IMG/VR virus record: IMGVR_UViG_3300029787_000044
Coordinates: 1-57,922 of that record
Direction: 5' to 3' (one strand)
Source of the DNA: a virus
Lineage: Duplodnaviria > Caudoviricetes
Length of the DNA stretch: 57,922 nt
Made by a program: the position numbers and the translations under genes. The number at the start of each line of letters is the position of its first letter. Positions within the stretch are counted from its first letter, which is position 1. Positions 26,893 through 35,464 of this stretch are shown here, piece by piece. The notes under the pieces were generated by a model. The model did not search any database. It was not told the DNA's origin and saw only the letters and a list, made by a program, of their open reading frames with translations.

Positions 26893-27364
26893 TTCTCAAA
26901 AATCACCTACGGTTAGTATAGCCGTAACTATTGGAGTTATTTTATTAGTAGGAATTTTTGGACAAGATCTGTGGGCTGATCAAATAACGCATAAATTTAA
27001 ATCACCCTCTTTTAGTGGCATTAATACATCTAGTCATTATCTTACGATTGAAAACCAAGAGTTTAATAGACGACAAACAATTAAAGATGAACTTAAAGCT
27101 GCTATAGAAGAAGCAGAAAGAGATAAAGAAAATTCTACAGTACAAAGATTTATTCGTAACTTTGAGTCAAGAGTCTACGCTGAATTATCAAGACAACTTA
27201 TAGCTAACTTATTTGGAGAAACTCCACAAGATAGCGGAACTATAACCTTAGAAGGTAATACGATAGAATATAGTTCAGATGGAACTTATTTAACCCTTAA
27301 AATAACTGAGGCTGATGGAACAATCACTCATATTACGATTCCTATTGGTAGCTTCACTTTCTAG
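26864..27364 (+). CDS. csgF: Curli assembly protein CsgF homologue
   Basis: Signal peptide followed by ITHKFKSPSFSG...LTIENQE (cf. CsgF F-x-NP-x-FGG...L...AQ); L-x2-QL-x3-LFG; adjacent to csgG. Confidence 0.8.
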   Translation: MTTKKKKLNNSQKSPTVSIAVTIGVILLVGIFGQDLWADQITHKFKSPSFSGINTSSHYLTIENQEFNRRQTIKDELKAAIEEAERDKENSTVQRFIRNFESRVYAELSRQLIANLFGETPQDSGTITLEGNTIEYSSDGTYLTLKITEADGTITHITIPIGSFTF

Positions 27365-28187
27365 TTGTTCTATCTTTGACCAGTTTGAAGATACTTATGA
27401 ACAAAGATTTAAAGCTCACGATATAGTTAAAATAGAAGAACTACATTCTAAAGAATTAGCTTTAGTAAATAAACCTATGATTCAGCCCATAGTTGCTGTA
27501 TATCCTACATCATTTACAGATCAAACAGGACAAAGAAAAAGTAATAGTGAGTTTGCTTTATTTTCTACAGCAGTCACACAAGCACCCCATACTTTATTAA
27601 TTAGAGCACTTAAACACGCAAGTAATGGTGAATTTTTTAGAGTTGTAGAAAGAATTGGTTTAGATAATTTAACTAAAGAACGTCAGCTTATAAGATCAGC
27701 TAGAGAGCAATTTGCCACAGATGAGGAAAAAAAGAAACAGCTTGCTCCTTTGTTATTTGCAGGAGTGTTGCTTGAAGGTGCAGTTATAAGCTATGATAGT
27801 AACTTAACCACTGGTGGCATCGGTGCACGGTATCTCGGTATAGGTACTAGTATTCAATACAGAGAGGATAACATTACAGTAAGTTTGAGGATGGTATCTG
27901 TAGCAACTGGTGAAATACTTATAGAAGTATTAAGCCAAAAAACCATATTCAGTTATGGTAAGTCAGAAGACATTTTCAGATTCATTGAAATGGGAACCGA
28001 ACTTGTAGAAGTCGAGTTAGGAAACTCGCGTAACGAGTCTACGACGATAGCCCTAATGAAAGCTATCGAAGGGGCAGTTTTAGAACTTATTACTATCGGT
28101 TACGATAGAGGATTTTGGAAACATGAAGAACTTAAAATTAATGAGCCTGATTGTGATGCTAAGTGCATTGCCAACATTCGCGGCTGA
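27315..28187 (+). CDS. csgG: Curli secretion channel CsgG homologue (lipoprotein)
   Basis: Lipobox LSSC; VAVY...F-x-DQTGQRK, STAVTQ, F-x-VVER-x-GL-x-NL-x-KERQ-x-IR, EG-x3-YDSN-x2-TGG-x-GARYLGIG, V-x-LR-x-VSV-x-TGEIL. Confidence 0.95.
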   Translation: MEQSLILRFLLVASLSSCSIFDQFEDTYEQRFKAHDIVKIEELHSKELALVNKPMIQPIVAVYPTSFTDQTGQRKSNSEFALFSTAVTQAPHTLLIRALKHASNGEFFRVVERIGLDNLTKERQLIRSAREQFATDEEKKKQLAPLLFAGVLLEGAVISYDSNLTTGGIGARYLGIGTSIQYREDNITVSLRMVSVATGEILIEVLSQKTIFSYGKSEDIFRFIEMGTELVEVELGNSRNESTTIALMKAIEGAVLELITIGYDRGFWKHEELKINEPDCDAKCIANIRG

Positions 28188-28854
28188 TAACGAAATATAT
28201 TTAGACCAAAGCGGTACTACACTTAATTTAGATATAGAACAACTAGGTATCTCTAACATTATAGGTGGCTTGCAATCTACAGCAGGCAGTCTTACAGCTT
28301 TTGATATTGATGGTACAAGTATGACTATTGATATTAATATGATTGGAAACACTAACAAGTTTCTTGGTGATATATGGGCAGATAGCTTTACTGGTTTTTA
28401 TGAATTCACTGGTAATAGCAATACTTTTACAATACAAGTTGACCCAAGTAACACCTTTGGTGCTGACAGTTCTAATCAAAATATAGCTGTTACTGGATCA
28501 AGTAATACTTTTACTTTAAATCAAGGTACTACTGCATTAGCAGGAACTTTAGATTTAGATTGGATTATTCAAGGTTCTAACAACACAGTTGTATCTAATA
28601 TTAATATTGATGGTGCAACTAACTATATGGATATAGATGGTTCTGATAATACAGTTAATTATACTGGAACAGGAGTAACAGCTTCAGCAGGCGGATATTT
28701 TTGGCTAGATCACACAGGTGGACAAAGAACATTTAATATTCAACAACTGAGTACACAAGATAATGACTGGCTTAAAGTTATATCGGTTGGCGGGAACGCT
28801 GCTTCTACTGTTTGTATTATTCAAAACGACCAAGGTACAAGCACAAGCTGCTGA
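28123..28854 (+). CDS. Secreted curlin-like beta-solenoid protein
   Basis: Signal peptide, then ADNEIYLDQSG...IEQLGISN and repeated G-x2-N-x3-(I/L)-x-Q units rich in N/Q/G/S/T. Confidence 0.7.
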   Translation: MKNLKLMSLIVMLSALPTFAADNEIYLDQSGTTLNLDIEQLGISNIIGGLQSTAGSLTAFDIDGTSMTIDINMIGNTNKFLGDIWADSFTGFYEFTGNSNTFTIQVDPSNTFGADSSNQNIAVTGSSNTFTLNQGTTALAGTLDLDWIIQGSNNTVVSNINIDGATNYMDIDGSDNTVNYTGTGVTASAGGYFWLDHTGGQRTFNIQQLSTQDNDWLKVISVGGNAASTVCIIQNDQGTSTSC

Positions 28855-29881
28855 TATTGGGGATATATCTGAACTAAATGGTTCAGCGCAAATAGTAAGA
28901 GATGAGCCTTTAGACGCTACTTTAAAGTTTGCTATTCAAAGCAATGATGAAGCTATTACTACTAACGGTAGAATGGCTATAACTTTTCTTGATGATTCTA
29001 CAGTTAAACTAACTGAACACTCACAACTTTTAATAGATGAATATATCTATGATCCCGATCCTTCTAAAGCTAAAATGGCACTTACGTTTGGACTCGGTAC
29101 AGCTCGATTTATTACGGGTAATTTAAACAAAATAGATAAACAAAATATATCTTTAAAAACACCTACAGCAAACATAGCGATTCGTGGGACAGATTTCACG
29201 GCTACCGTTGACGAGCTAGGACGTTCACTTATTATTTTACTCCCCGATTCTTTTGGGTTGTCTAGCGGGGAAATAGAAGTGGTTACTGCTATGGGTAGCG
29301 TATTACTTAATAAACCTTATCAAGCCACAACAGTAAGTGTTTTTGAATCTAAGCCCAGTAAACCTGTTGTATTAGATTTAACTTTAGACATTATAGACAA
29401 CATGTTAATTGTTACGCCTCCTAAAGAAGAAATCACTCAAACAGAAGAAGTAGCAAGTAATACAAAAGCTAACATATTAGATTTTAATGATCTTGATATA
29501 GACTATTTAGATGAAGACTTTTTTGCTGAAGATGAATTAGAGTTTACAGAATTAGATATAAATTATTTAGATGTAAATTTTCTTGAAGATCTATTAAATA
29601 TATTAGACTCATTAGCGATTTCGGAAGATGAAGACGTTTTAGCAGATGCAGGCAGCATAACTCTTAGCGGAACTAAAATAGGACAAGACCCAGACACACA
29701 AATAACCACCTTAGTTACAGGTAATGTAATTAGTCTTAGACGAAAAGTAAATGATTCAGTTAGATTAGACTTAGACAGTGGTGGAGCATACACAGTTATT
29801 ATTATTCAAGATGGAGTTAGTAATGTAGTAAAAATAAATGGTGGTGGCGATTCTAATATAACCATAACGCAAAGTGAATAA
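28763..29881 (+). CDS. FecR-domain periplasmic protein with acidic linker
   Basis: Signal peptide; D-x-I-x-T-x2-G...ITFLDDSTVKL-x-EHS-x-L...G-x-ARF-x-TG...KTPTA-x-IAIRGTDF FecR signature. Confidence 0.85.
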   Translation: MTGLKLYRLAGTLLLLFVLFKTTKVQAQAADIGDISELNGSAQIVRDEPLDATLKFAIQSNDEAITTNGRMAITFLDDSTVKLTEHSQLLIDEYIYDPDPSKAKMALTFGLGTARFITGNLNKIDKQNISLKTPTANIAIRGTDFTATVDELGRSLIILLPDSFGLSSGEIEVVTAMGSVLLNKPYQATTVSVFESKPSKPVVLDLTLDIIDNMLIVTPPKEEITQTEEVASNTKANILDFNDLDIDYLDEDFFAEDELEFTELDINYLDVNFLEDLLNILDSLAISEDEDVLADAGSITLSGTKIGQDPDTQITTLVTGNVISLRRKVNDSVRLDLDSGGAYTVIIIQDGVSNVVKINGGGDSNITITQSE

Positions 29882-31610
29882 ACTTTTATTACCTATATTA
29901 ATATTACTTAGTTTACCTTTGGTGTTTCAAAGCACGCCAACAGAAATACTTAAATTAAAAACTTTTGATAGTTTAATTAAACAACAAGAGCCCAGTGGTA
30001 ATTTTGTAATACTTAACATTACAGAAGAAGATATAGAACGTGAAGGTGGATATCCTTTACCTAGAACAAGATTAGCTGATATCCAAATAGAATTATTAAG
30101 TAAAGGTGCTATAGGTGTTGGTTGGGTAATTAGTTTTCCGCAAGCGGATAGGTTAGATGGAGATAAAGATTTTGCTAGGTCACTGGGCTACGCTCCTGCA
30201 GTTCTTGCAATGTTTGAAGACGGTAAAGGCATTTATCCTGCTAGTCCAGGAACAGTAGTTTTAGGTGAAAACACAGGAGGTATTAACAGTTCGGGAGTGA
30301 AAGCTAATCACACATCATATGATGATGTTCTGCAGGGATTAGCTATAGCTCCCACCGATGTAGATTTACTTGTAAGAAGAATGCCTTTGTTAGTAAAAAC
30401 TCCTAATAACGAATGGATACCTAGTTTTGGTACACAAATATATAAAGCTTTGTTTGGTATAAAAACATATATTATCAAAACTAACGAAAACGGTATACAG
30501 GAAATAGCGATACGCGGAATACCGCCTGTTAAAACAGATAGTTTAGGTCGTAAATGGATTTCATGGGTTAATACACAACAAACAGATTTACAAGAAATGG
30601 AAGTAAACGGTAAATTTGTTATAGTAGGTGTAACAGCTAATGGGGTTATGCCACAGATAGCCACGCCTATTGGACTTGTTGAGCCGCATAAAATACAAAC
30701 GGCTCTTGCAGAATCTATCCTAATACAAGATAGTCCTTACATACCTGATTATTCTTTAGCTTTAGAACTTCTTATATATTTAGTTTCTGTAAGCCTCGTA
30801 TGGGCTTTTATAAGCTATTTAGGGATAACTTGGGGTATTTCTCTAGCTTTAATTACGATGGCTTTAACGGGCTTCTACGGTTATTACACAATAACTACAG
30901 GAATCCTTATAGATATAACTTGGTCGTTAGTCTCACAATTTATAACAGGAGCTATAGCTTTTTATTTAAGGTTTAGAGAACAATATAAATTAAGACAACA
31001 GATTAAAAAACAGTTTGAACATTACTTAGATCCTAGACAAGTAAAACGTTTACAAAAAGACCCTGATTTATTAAAACTAGGTGGAGAAAAAAGAAGATGT
31101 ACTTTCTTGTTCACAGACGTTAGAGGATTTACAGCTCTTTCTGAAACGTTACCTCCTGAAGAAGTTACTGAAATAATGAATAAAGCATTAACTGTTCAAG
31201 TTGAGTGTGTACAAAAAAGAGGAGGCATGGTAGATAAATTCATTGGTGACGCAATGATGGCTATCTTTAATGCACCTATGGATTTAGAACAACACGAAGA
31301 ACTAGCGGTTCAATGCGCTAAAGAAATACAAGAAAATATAAATAAAGCAAACATTGGAATAGCTATTGGGGTTGGGGTTAATACTGGAGAAGCTGTGATA
31401 GGCAACATGGGCAGTGACACTAGATTCGATTATTCGGCTATTGGGGATGCGGTTAATACGGCGGCTAGGCTAGAGTCTGCTACTAAAGAAGCAGGTGTAA
31501 ACATACTTATTGGAGAAGAAACTAAGAAATATTGTGGTATTTCCTTAAAACGATTAAAACCTATAAAAGTAAAAGGTAAAGAAAAACCTTTAAAAATATA
31601 CACGTTTTGA
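29874..31610 (+). CDS. CHASE2-domain class III adenylate cyclase
   Basis: N-terminal TM, CHASE2-like periplasmic region (G-x-YP-x-PR, D-x-D-x2-VRR-x-PL, GK-x-V-x-VG), 3 TMs, then FTDVRGFT, DKFIGDAMM, GNMGS-x2-RFDYSAIGDAVN-x-AARLE; K and D specificity residues indicate ATP. Confidence 0.93.
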   Translation: MNKLLLPILILLSLPLVFQSTPTEILKLKTFDSLIKQQEPSGNFVILNITEEDIEREGGYPLPRTRLADIQIELLSKGAIGVGWVISFPQADRLDGDKDFARSLGYAPAVLAMFEDGKGIYPASPGTVVLGENTGGINSSGVKANHTSYDDVLQGLAIAPTDVDLLVRRMPLLVKTPNNEWIPSFGTQIYKALFGIKTYIIKTNENGIQEIAIRGIPPVKTDSLGRKWISWVNTQQTDLQEMEVNGKFVIVGVTANGVMPQIATPIGLVEPHKIQTALAESILIQDSPYIPDYSLALELLIYLVSVSLVWAFISYLGITWGISLALITMALTGFYGYYTITTGILIDITWSLVSQFITGAIAFYLRFREQYKLRQQIKKQFEHYLDPRQVKRLQKDPDLLKLGGEKRRCTFLFTDVRGFTALSETLPPEEVTEIMNKALTVQVECVQKRGGMVDKFIGDAMMAIFNAPMDLEQHEELAVQCAKEIQENINKANIGIAIGVGVNTGEAVIGNMGSDTRFDYSAIGDAVNTAARLESATKEAGVNILIGEETKKYCGISLKRLKPIKVKGKEKPLKIYTF

Positions 31611-31620
31611 TATATAATCA
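31608..31620 (+). promoter_or_regulatory. Putative late promoter/operator motif (copy 3)
   Basis: TGATATATAATCA overlapping the cyclase stop codon, ahead of the internal-virion gene block. Confidence 0.6.
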
Positions 31621-31693
31621 ATATATCAGCTTGTGCTGCAGCTTACGGGGTGGGCTTTAACTCGCAAATACGTTTAAATACGCTGGAGAAAAG

Positions 31694-31801
31694 ATGACTG
31701 GAGTTGATAAAAAAGCATATCTAAAGAAGAAGGGACGCCGTTCCGACTTCGTCGTATACTCATCTAAAGGCAAGAAGACTAAAACTAGGAGTAGGTTCTA
31801 A
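31694..31801 (+). CDS. Tiny basic peptide (not in ORF track)
   Basis: MTGVDKKAYLKKKGRRSDFVVYSSKGKKTKTRSRF*; RBS GGAG; TAATG coupling. Confidence 0.6.
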   Translation: MTGVDKKAYLKKKGRRSDFVVYSSKGKKTKTRSRF

Positions 31802-32697
31802 TGCCTTGGAATCTTCTTATCCCTGCATTAGCTTCTTTAGTTGGTATGAAATACCAATCCAATATAGCTAACGATCCTAAAGGTCCTATAGGCAGCGGAA
31901 CATCTCCAAGCATGAATCCAGGAGACGCAAGTGATTTTGCTCCTGTACAAGGAAGCGACGTTAAAGAGTTTGCAGATTTTTCTTACGAAGATGTAACTAA
32001 ACCTAACACAGAAGGTAGTCCAGAAGAAGAACAATTATTACAAATGTTAATGGAAGCAGGAATAAATCCTGAAGATTTCGGTATTATGGGACTAGCTTTC
32101 GGCGGTCCTTTAAAAAGAGCAGGCGGTGGAGGTATCGGTAGTCTTCTTTCGATGTTAGATATTGAACTTCCTGAAATAATAGACCCCCAAGAATTTATTA
32201 CAGGTCCTTTAGAAACTTTAGGTATCAACGCAAAAGACAAAATAAACACAAAAATGCAAGGTCTTGAAGCTTATGCAGAAGCTAATCCTGAAATGTTTAA
32301 AGCATTAATAGATGCAGGACTTATTACAGGTAAAAATTTAATGAATAAACCAAAAGAACAAAAAGGTTCTATAGTAAGTACAAACACTCTTCCAGGAAAC
32401 GCGGCTCGAAGAAGAAGTCAGTTTGATAAAATAACTCCTTTAAGTGGTTCTGAAATTACTTTTGCTAAAGAAGGTTCTGCTTTAAATAGAAAAATGTTTA
32501 TGGATAATCAAATGCCTAACGGCGGTGCTATGCACGGTCCTGGCGGTCCTAAGGATGATTTAATACCAGTAATGGCAAGTAACGGAGAGTACATGCTCTC
32601 AAAAGCAGCAGTAGACGCAGCAGGTGACGGTAGTCATGCTATGGGGATTGCTAGATTAGAAAAATTTAATGATATGGGGAATAGACGATATGGCTAA
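31801..32697 (+). CDS. Putative internal virion protein
   Basis: C-terminal GPGGPKDDLIPVMASNGEYMLS-x2-AV motif, as seen in phage tape-measure/ejection-associated proteins. Confidence 0.6.
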   Translation: MPWNLLIPALASLVGMKYQSNIANDPKGPIGSGTSPSMNPGDASDFAPVQGSDVKEFADFSYEDVTKPNTEGSPEEEQLLQMLMEAGINPEDFGIMGLAFGGPLKRAGGGGIGSLLSMLDIELPEIIDPQEFITGPLETLGINAKDKINTKMQGLEAYAEANPEMFKALIDAGLITGKNLMNKPKEQKGSIVSTNTLPGNAARRRSQFDKITPLSGSEITFAKEGSALNRKMFMDNQMPNGGAMHGPGGPKDDLIPVMASNGEYMLSKAAVDAAGDGSHAMGIARLEKFNDMGNRRYG

Positions 32698-33805
32698 ACG
32701 AGAAGATCAAGAATATTCAAGTCAGGCTCCCGCACCGTATATAGGGCAGCTTTTATCTGGAGGAATTTTTCCTTACGCAAGCCAGTTTTTAAACCAACAA
32801 TTTCAAAACTATGGTTCAGAAAATTCAAGCCCTTATACTTACACAGGTCCTAGAGTTGCGGGGTTCGACCCAAGAGAACGTTATGGTATGCAACTTGCAG
32901 ATCAGGCTATTGGTAGTTATAGACCTTATTTAGGACAACAAGCTAATTTATTAAATCAAGCAGCGCAAAAAACTAGAGATAGTTTTAAACGTTATGACCC
33001 TAATAGTGCAAAAAGATATTACAACCCTTACGAAGATCAAGTAGTTGACCAAACAATGAAAGACGTTAGAGAAGGATTAGCTATGGGTGACATGGCTATG
33101 CGAGACGACGCAGTAAGCGGTGGGGCATTTGGTGGTGCTAGATCAAGATTAAGACGTAGCGAATTAGGAGCAGATACTGCACGAGGAGCAGCAGAACAAA
33201 TAGGAGCTATCCGTAGTCAAGGTTATCAAGATGCACAAAATAGATCACAACAAGCATTTGAATCACAACAACAAAGACAATTAGCAGGAGCAGGAGCTTT
33301 AGCAGGATTTGGTGGACAATACGGCGGTATGGCTAGTTTATTACCTCAATTACAACAACAAGATATTGCGTCTATGATGGGTATGGGCGGCATGGGCAGA
33401 GGTAGACAACAATCTTTAATGGATTTAAATTACCAAAACTTTGTAGGTCAATACAATTTACCTATGCAAACGTTACAAAACGTTGGAGCACTTACAGCTT
33501 CCCTTGGACCTATGGCGGGTGGTTATGGTTATGCTGGTGGAGATCCTGCAAGTCAAGCAGGCGTTTATACTCCTGACAATTACATGCAGGGTAGTTCAAC
33601 TGCTAATAGATATGGTATGCCTTATAACACGCCTCATCCAGACTCTTATTCTCAACCAAATTACACAGGTATGGGCGGTACAGGAGAAACTGCTCCAGGA
33701 GCCGATAAGCAAACAGGCGGTGGAGCTAGTGCTACAAGCGTAAGAGCTAGTGGGCTTCCTGGAATTTATGGTGGTTTTAGCGGTAACTTTGGAAGCTACT
33801 TCTAA
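32690..33805 (+). CDS. Putative DNA ejection / pilot protein
   Basis: Q/G/A-rich; YYNPYEDQVV...GAFGGARS...GYQDAQ pattern typical of podoviral injection proteins. Confidence 0.65.
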   Translation: MAKREDQEYSSQAPAPYIGQLLSGGIFPYASQFLNQQFQNYGSENSSPYTYTGPRVAGFDPRERYGMQLADQAIGSYRPYLGQQANLLNQAAQKTRDSFKRYDPNSAKRYYNPYEDQVVDQTMKDVREGLAMGDMAMRDDAVSGGAFGGARSRLRRSELGADTARGAAEQIGAIRSQGYQDAQNRSQQAFESQQQRQLAGAGALAGFGGQYGGMASLLPQLQQQDIASMMGMGGMGRGRQQSLMDLNYQNFVGQYNLPMQTLQNVGALTASLGPMAGGYGYAGGDPASQAGVYTPDNYMQGSSTANRYGMPYNTPHPDSYSQPNYTGMGGTGETAPGADKQTGGGASATSVRASGLPGIYGGFSGNFGSYF

Positions 33806-35463
33806 TGGCTATGTTACCTTTCCCAACTTTCGGAGGACCGCAACAAGGCGGTGGCATAATGAATGTTAAGTTACCTGCTAGCCAAATGAGGTTTCCAGTT
33901 GCTAGACGCCCTGCACCAAGACGTACTCCTGAACCTACAACAAAAGAAACTTTAGCGGGTTTTTTACCTTTAGCGGTAGAAGGTATTATGGGGTTGTTTA
34001 AAGATAGTCCTGAAAAACTTACCGATGATCAATTTATGGAAACTTTAGGTGGGTTAAATGAAGGAACTGATTTACAAAGCACTTTAGCTAATAAAAAGAA
34101 GTTAGCTCAATTACAAACATACCAACAATTTGGAGAACCTGAACAAAAAGATACTTTTGGTATGGACGAAATTGTTAATATGATTGTAGCTAGTCAAATG
34201 GGTAGAGGTGCAAAAGATTATCTTACAACTTCTAGAGCTATTGATAAAGCTAAAGAAACTTCTAGGTTAACTAAAGAAACAAATAGAGCATCTTTTTTAA
34301 AAGATGCAATAAAAGATACAACTAATTTACAATTTAAAAATTTTGAAGACGCAGATAAAGCTAGACTAGGTGTTAACGATTACCGTAGTGGTTTTGTTGA
34401 TCCTTCGGGAGCTATTTATGTGTTAAATGATGGTAAAACAGGTTACGAAAACGTAACTGAGTTAGAGGGTAATTGGGTAGAACGACTCGCTAGACCAACA
34501 ACATCATTATCTACGCAATTAAAAGACCCACGTTTAGTTGATTTAAATAAAAAAGACGCAGACTTAAACCCTAAAGATACAGCGTTATTAGGAACAATGA
34601 CTCTTACTAATGAAATGGTTGCAATGCTTGATAAAGGTATAGCAGACCCTAAACAAAATCCATTAACTACTGTTACTAGTATAGGTAATTTTTTCAACAG
34701 TGCTACGGCTAACGCAAACCAAGTTTTATCTTATATGGGTAATGGAAATGCTTTAAGAGCTTTTGCCACTGCCTCCGATATACAAGAAGGATTAGCGGGA
34801 TCAACAGGTAGAGAAGGTTCTGGTCAATTAGCTAAACAGTTATATCAAGCTATAAACTCTGGAGACGATGAACAAATGTTAGCAGCTATGGCAGCTTTTG
34901 AAGAAGGCAATCCAGAAGTTAGTTTTAAAGCTTCTTTAGGTGATATGGCGTATAACAATGTAAGAACTAGAGCAACGATGCTACAGTTAGCTTATGCTGC
35001 GGCAGCAGCTAACGGGCAAACAGGTAGAACTTTATCTGATAAAGATTTAGCTTTCCATTTACAAATGGTTGGTTTCGGGGCTACACAAGATGCACAAACC
35101 GCTAAAGACAATATTTTAGGTTTTGTAGATACGTTAATTAGACAAACAGATAATGTAGTACAAGGAACTATTTCATTAAATAATATACAAGCAGGACGAT
35201 ATCCTTTAGACGATCCGTTATTTACAAGTATTATTGCAGGATACTGGCAGCCTCCTGTGGTTGATGGAACACCTGATTTTACTCAAAGTAATAAGTATGA
35301 ATTTAAAAACTTTTATCAACGTTACGGTAAAGTACCTGATGTAATCCGTTATCAAAAACATAAAAGACGTCCAGGAACAGAGTTTAATCCTGCTCAAACA
35401 ACTACAATAAATCCGAGCACTCGATTGGAAGAGGATTTAAAAGCACTAGAAAACATGTATTAA
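33805..35463 (+). CDS. Putative internal virion / ejection protein
   Basis: 552 aa helical protein, GRTLSDKD motif, in the ejection block. Confidence 0.55.
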   Translation: MAMLPFPTFGGPQQGGGIMNVKLPASQMRFPVARRPAPRRTPEPTTKETLAGFLPLAVEGIMGLFKDSPEKLTDDQFMETLGGLNEGTDLQSTLANKKKLAQLQTYQQFGEPEQKDTFGMDEIVNMIVASQMGRGAKDYLTTSRAIDKAKETSRLTKETNRASFLKDAIKDTTNLQFKNFEDADKARLGVNDYRSGFVDPSGAIYVLNDGKTGYENVTELEGNWVERLARPTTSLSTQLKDPRLVDLNKKDADLNPKDTALLGTMTLTNEMVAMLDKGIADPKQNPLTTVTSIGNFFNSATANANQVLSYMGNGNALRAFATASDIQEGLAGSTGREGSGQLAKQLYQAINSGDDEQMLAAMAAFEEGNPEVSFKASLGDMAYNNVRTRATMLQLAYAAAAANGQTGRTLSDKDLAFHLQMVGFGATQDAQTAKDNILGFVDTLIRQTDNVVQGTISLNNIQAGRYPLDDPLFTSIIAGYWQPPVVDGTPDFTQSNKYEFKNFYQRYGKVPDVIRYQKHKRRPGTEFNPAQTTTINPSTRLEEDLKALENMY

Positions 35464-35464
35464 T

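Noticed and set aside
26864-28854. Host-derived canonical csgBAC/csgDEFG biofilm locus or bacterial contamination
   Set aside because: No CsgD, CsgE or CsgC; the genes overlap phage-type neighbours and have similar AT-rich composition, so the module appears to be a resident part of the phage.
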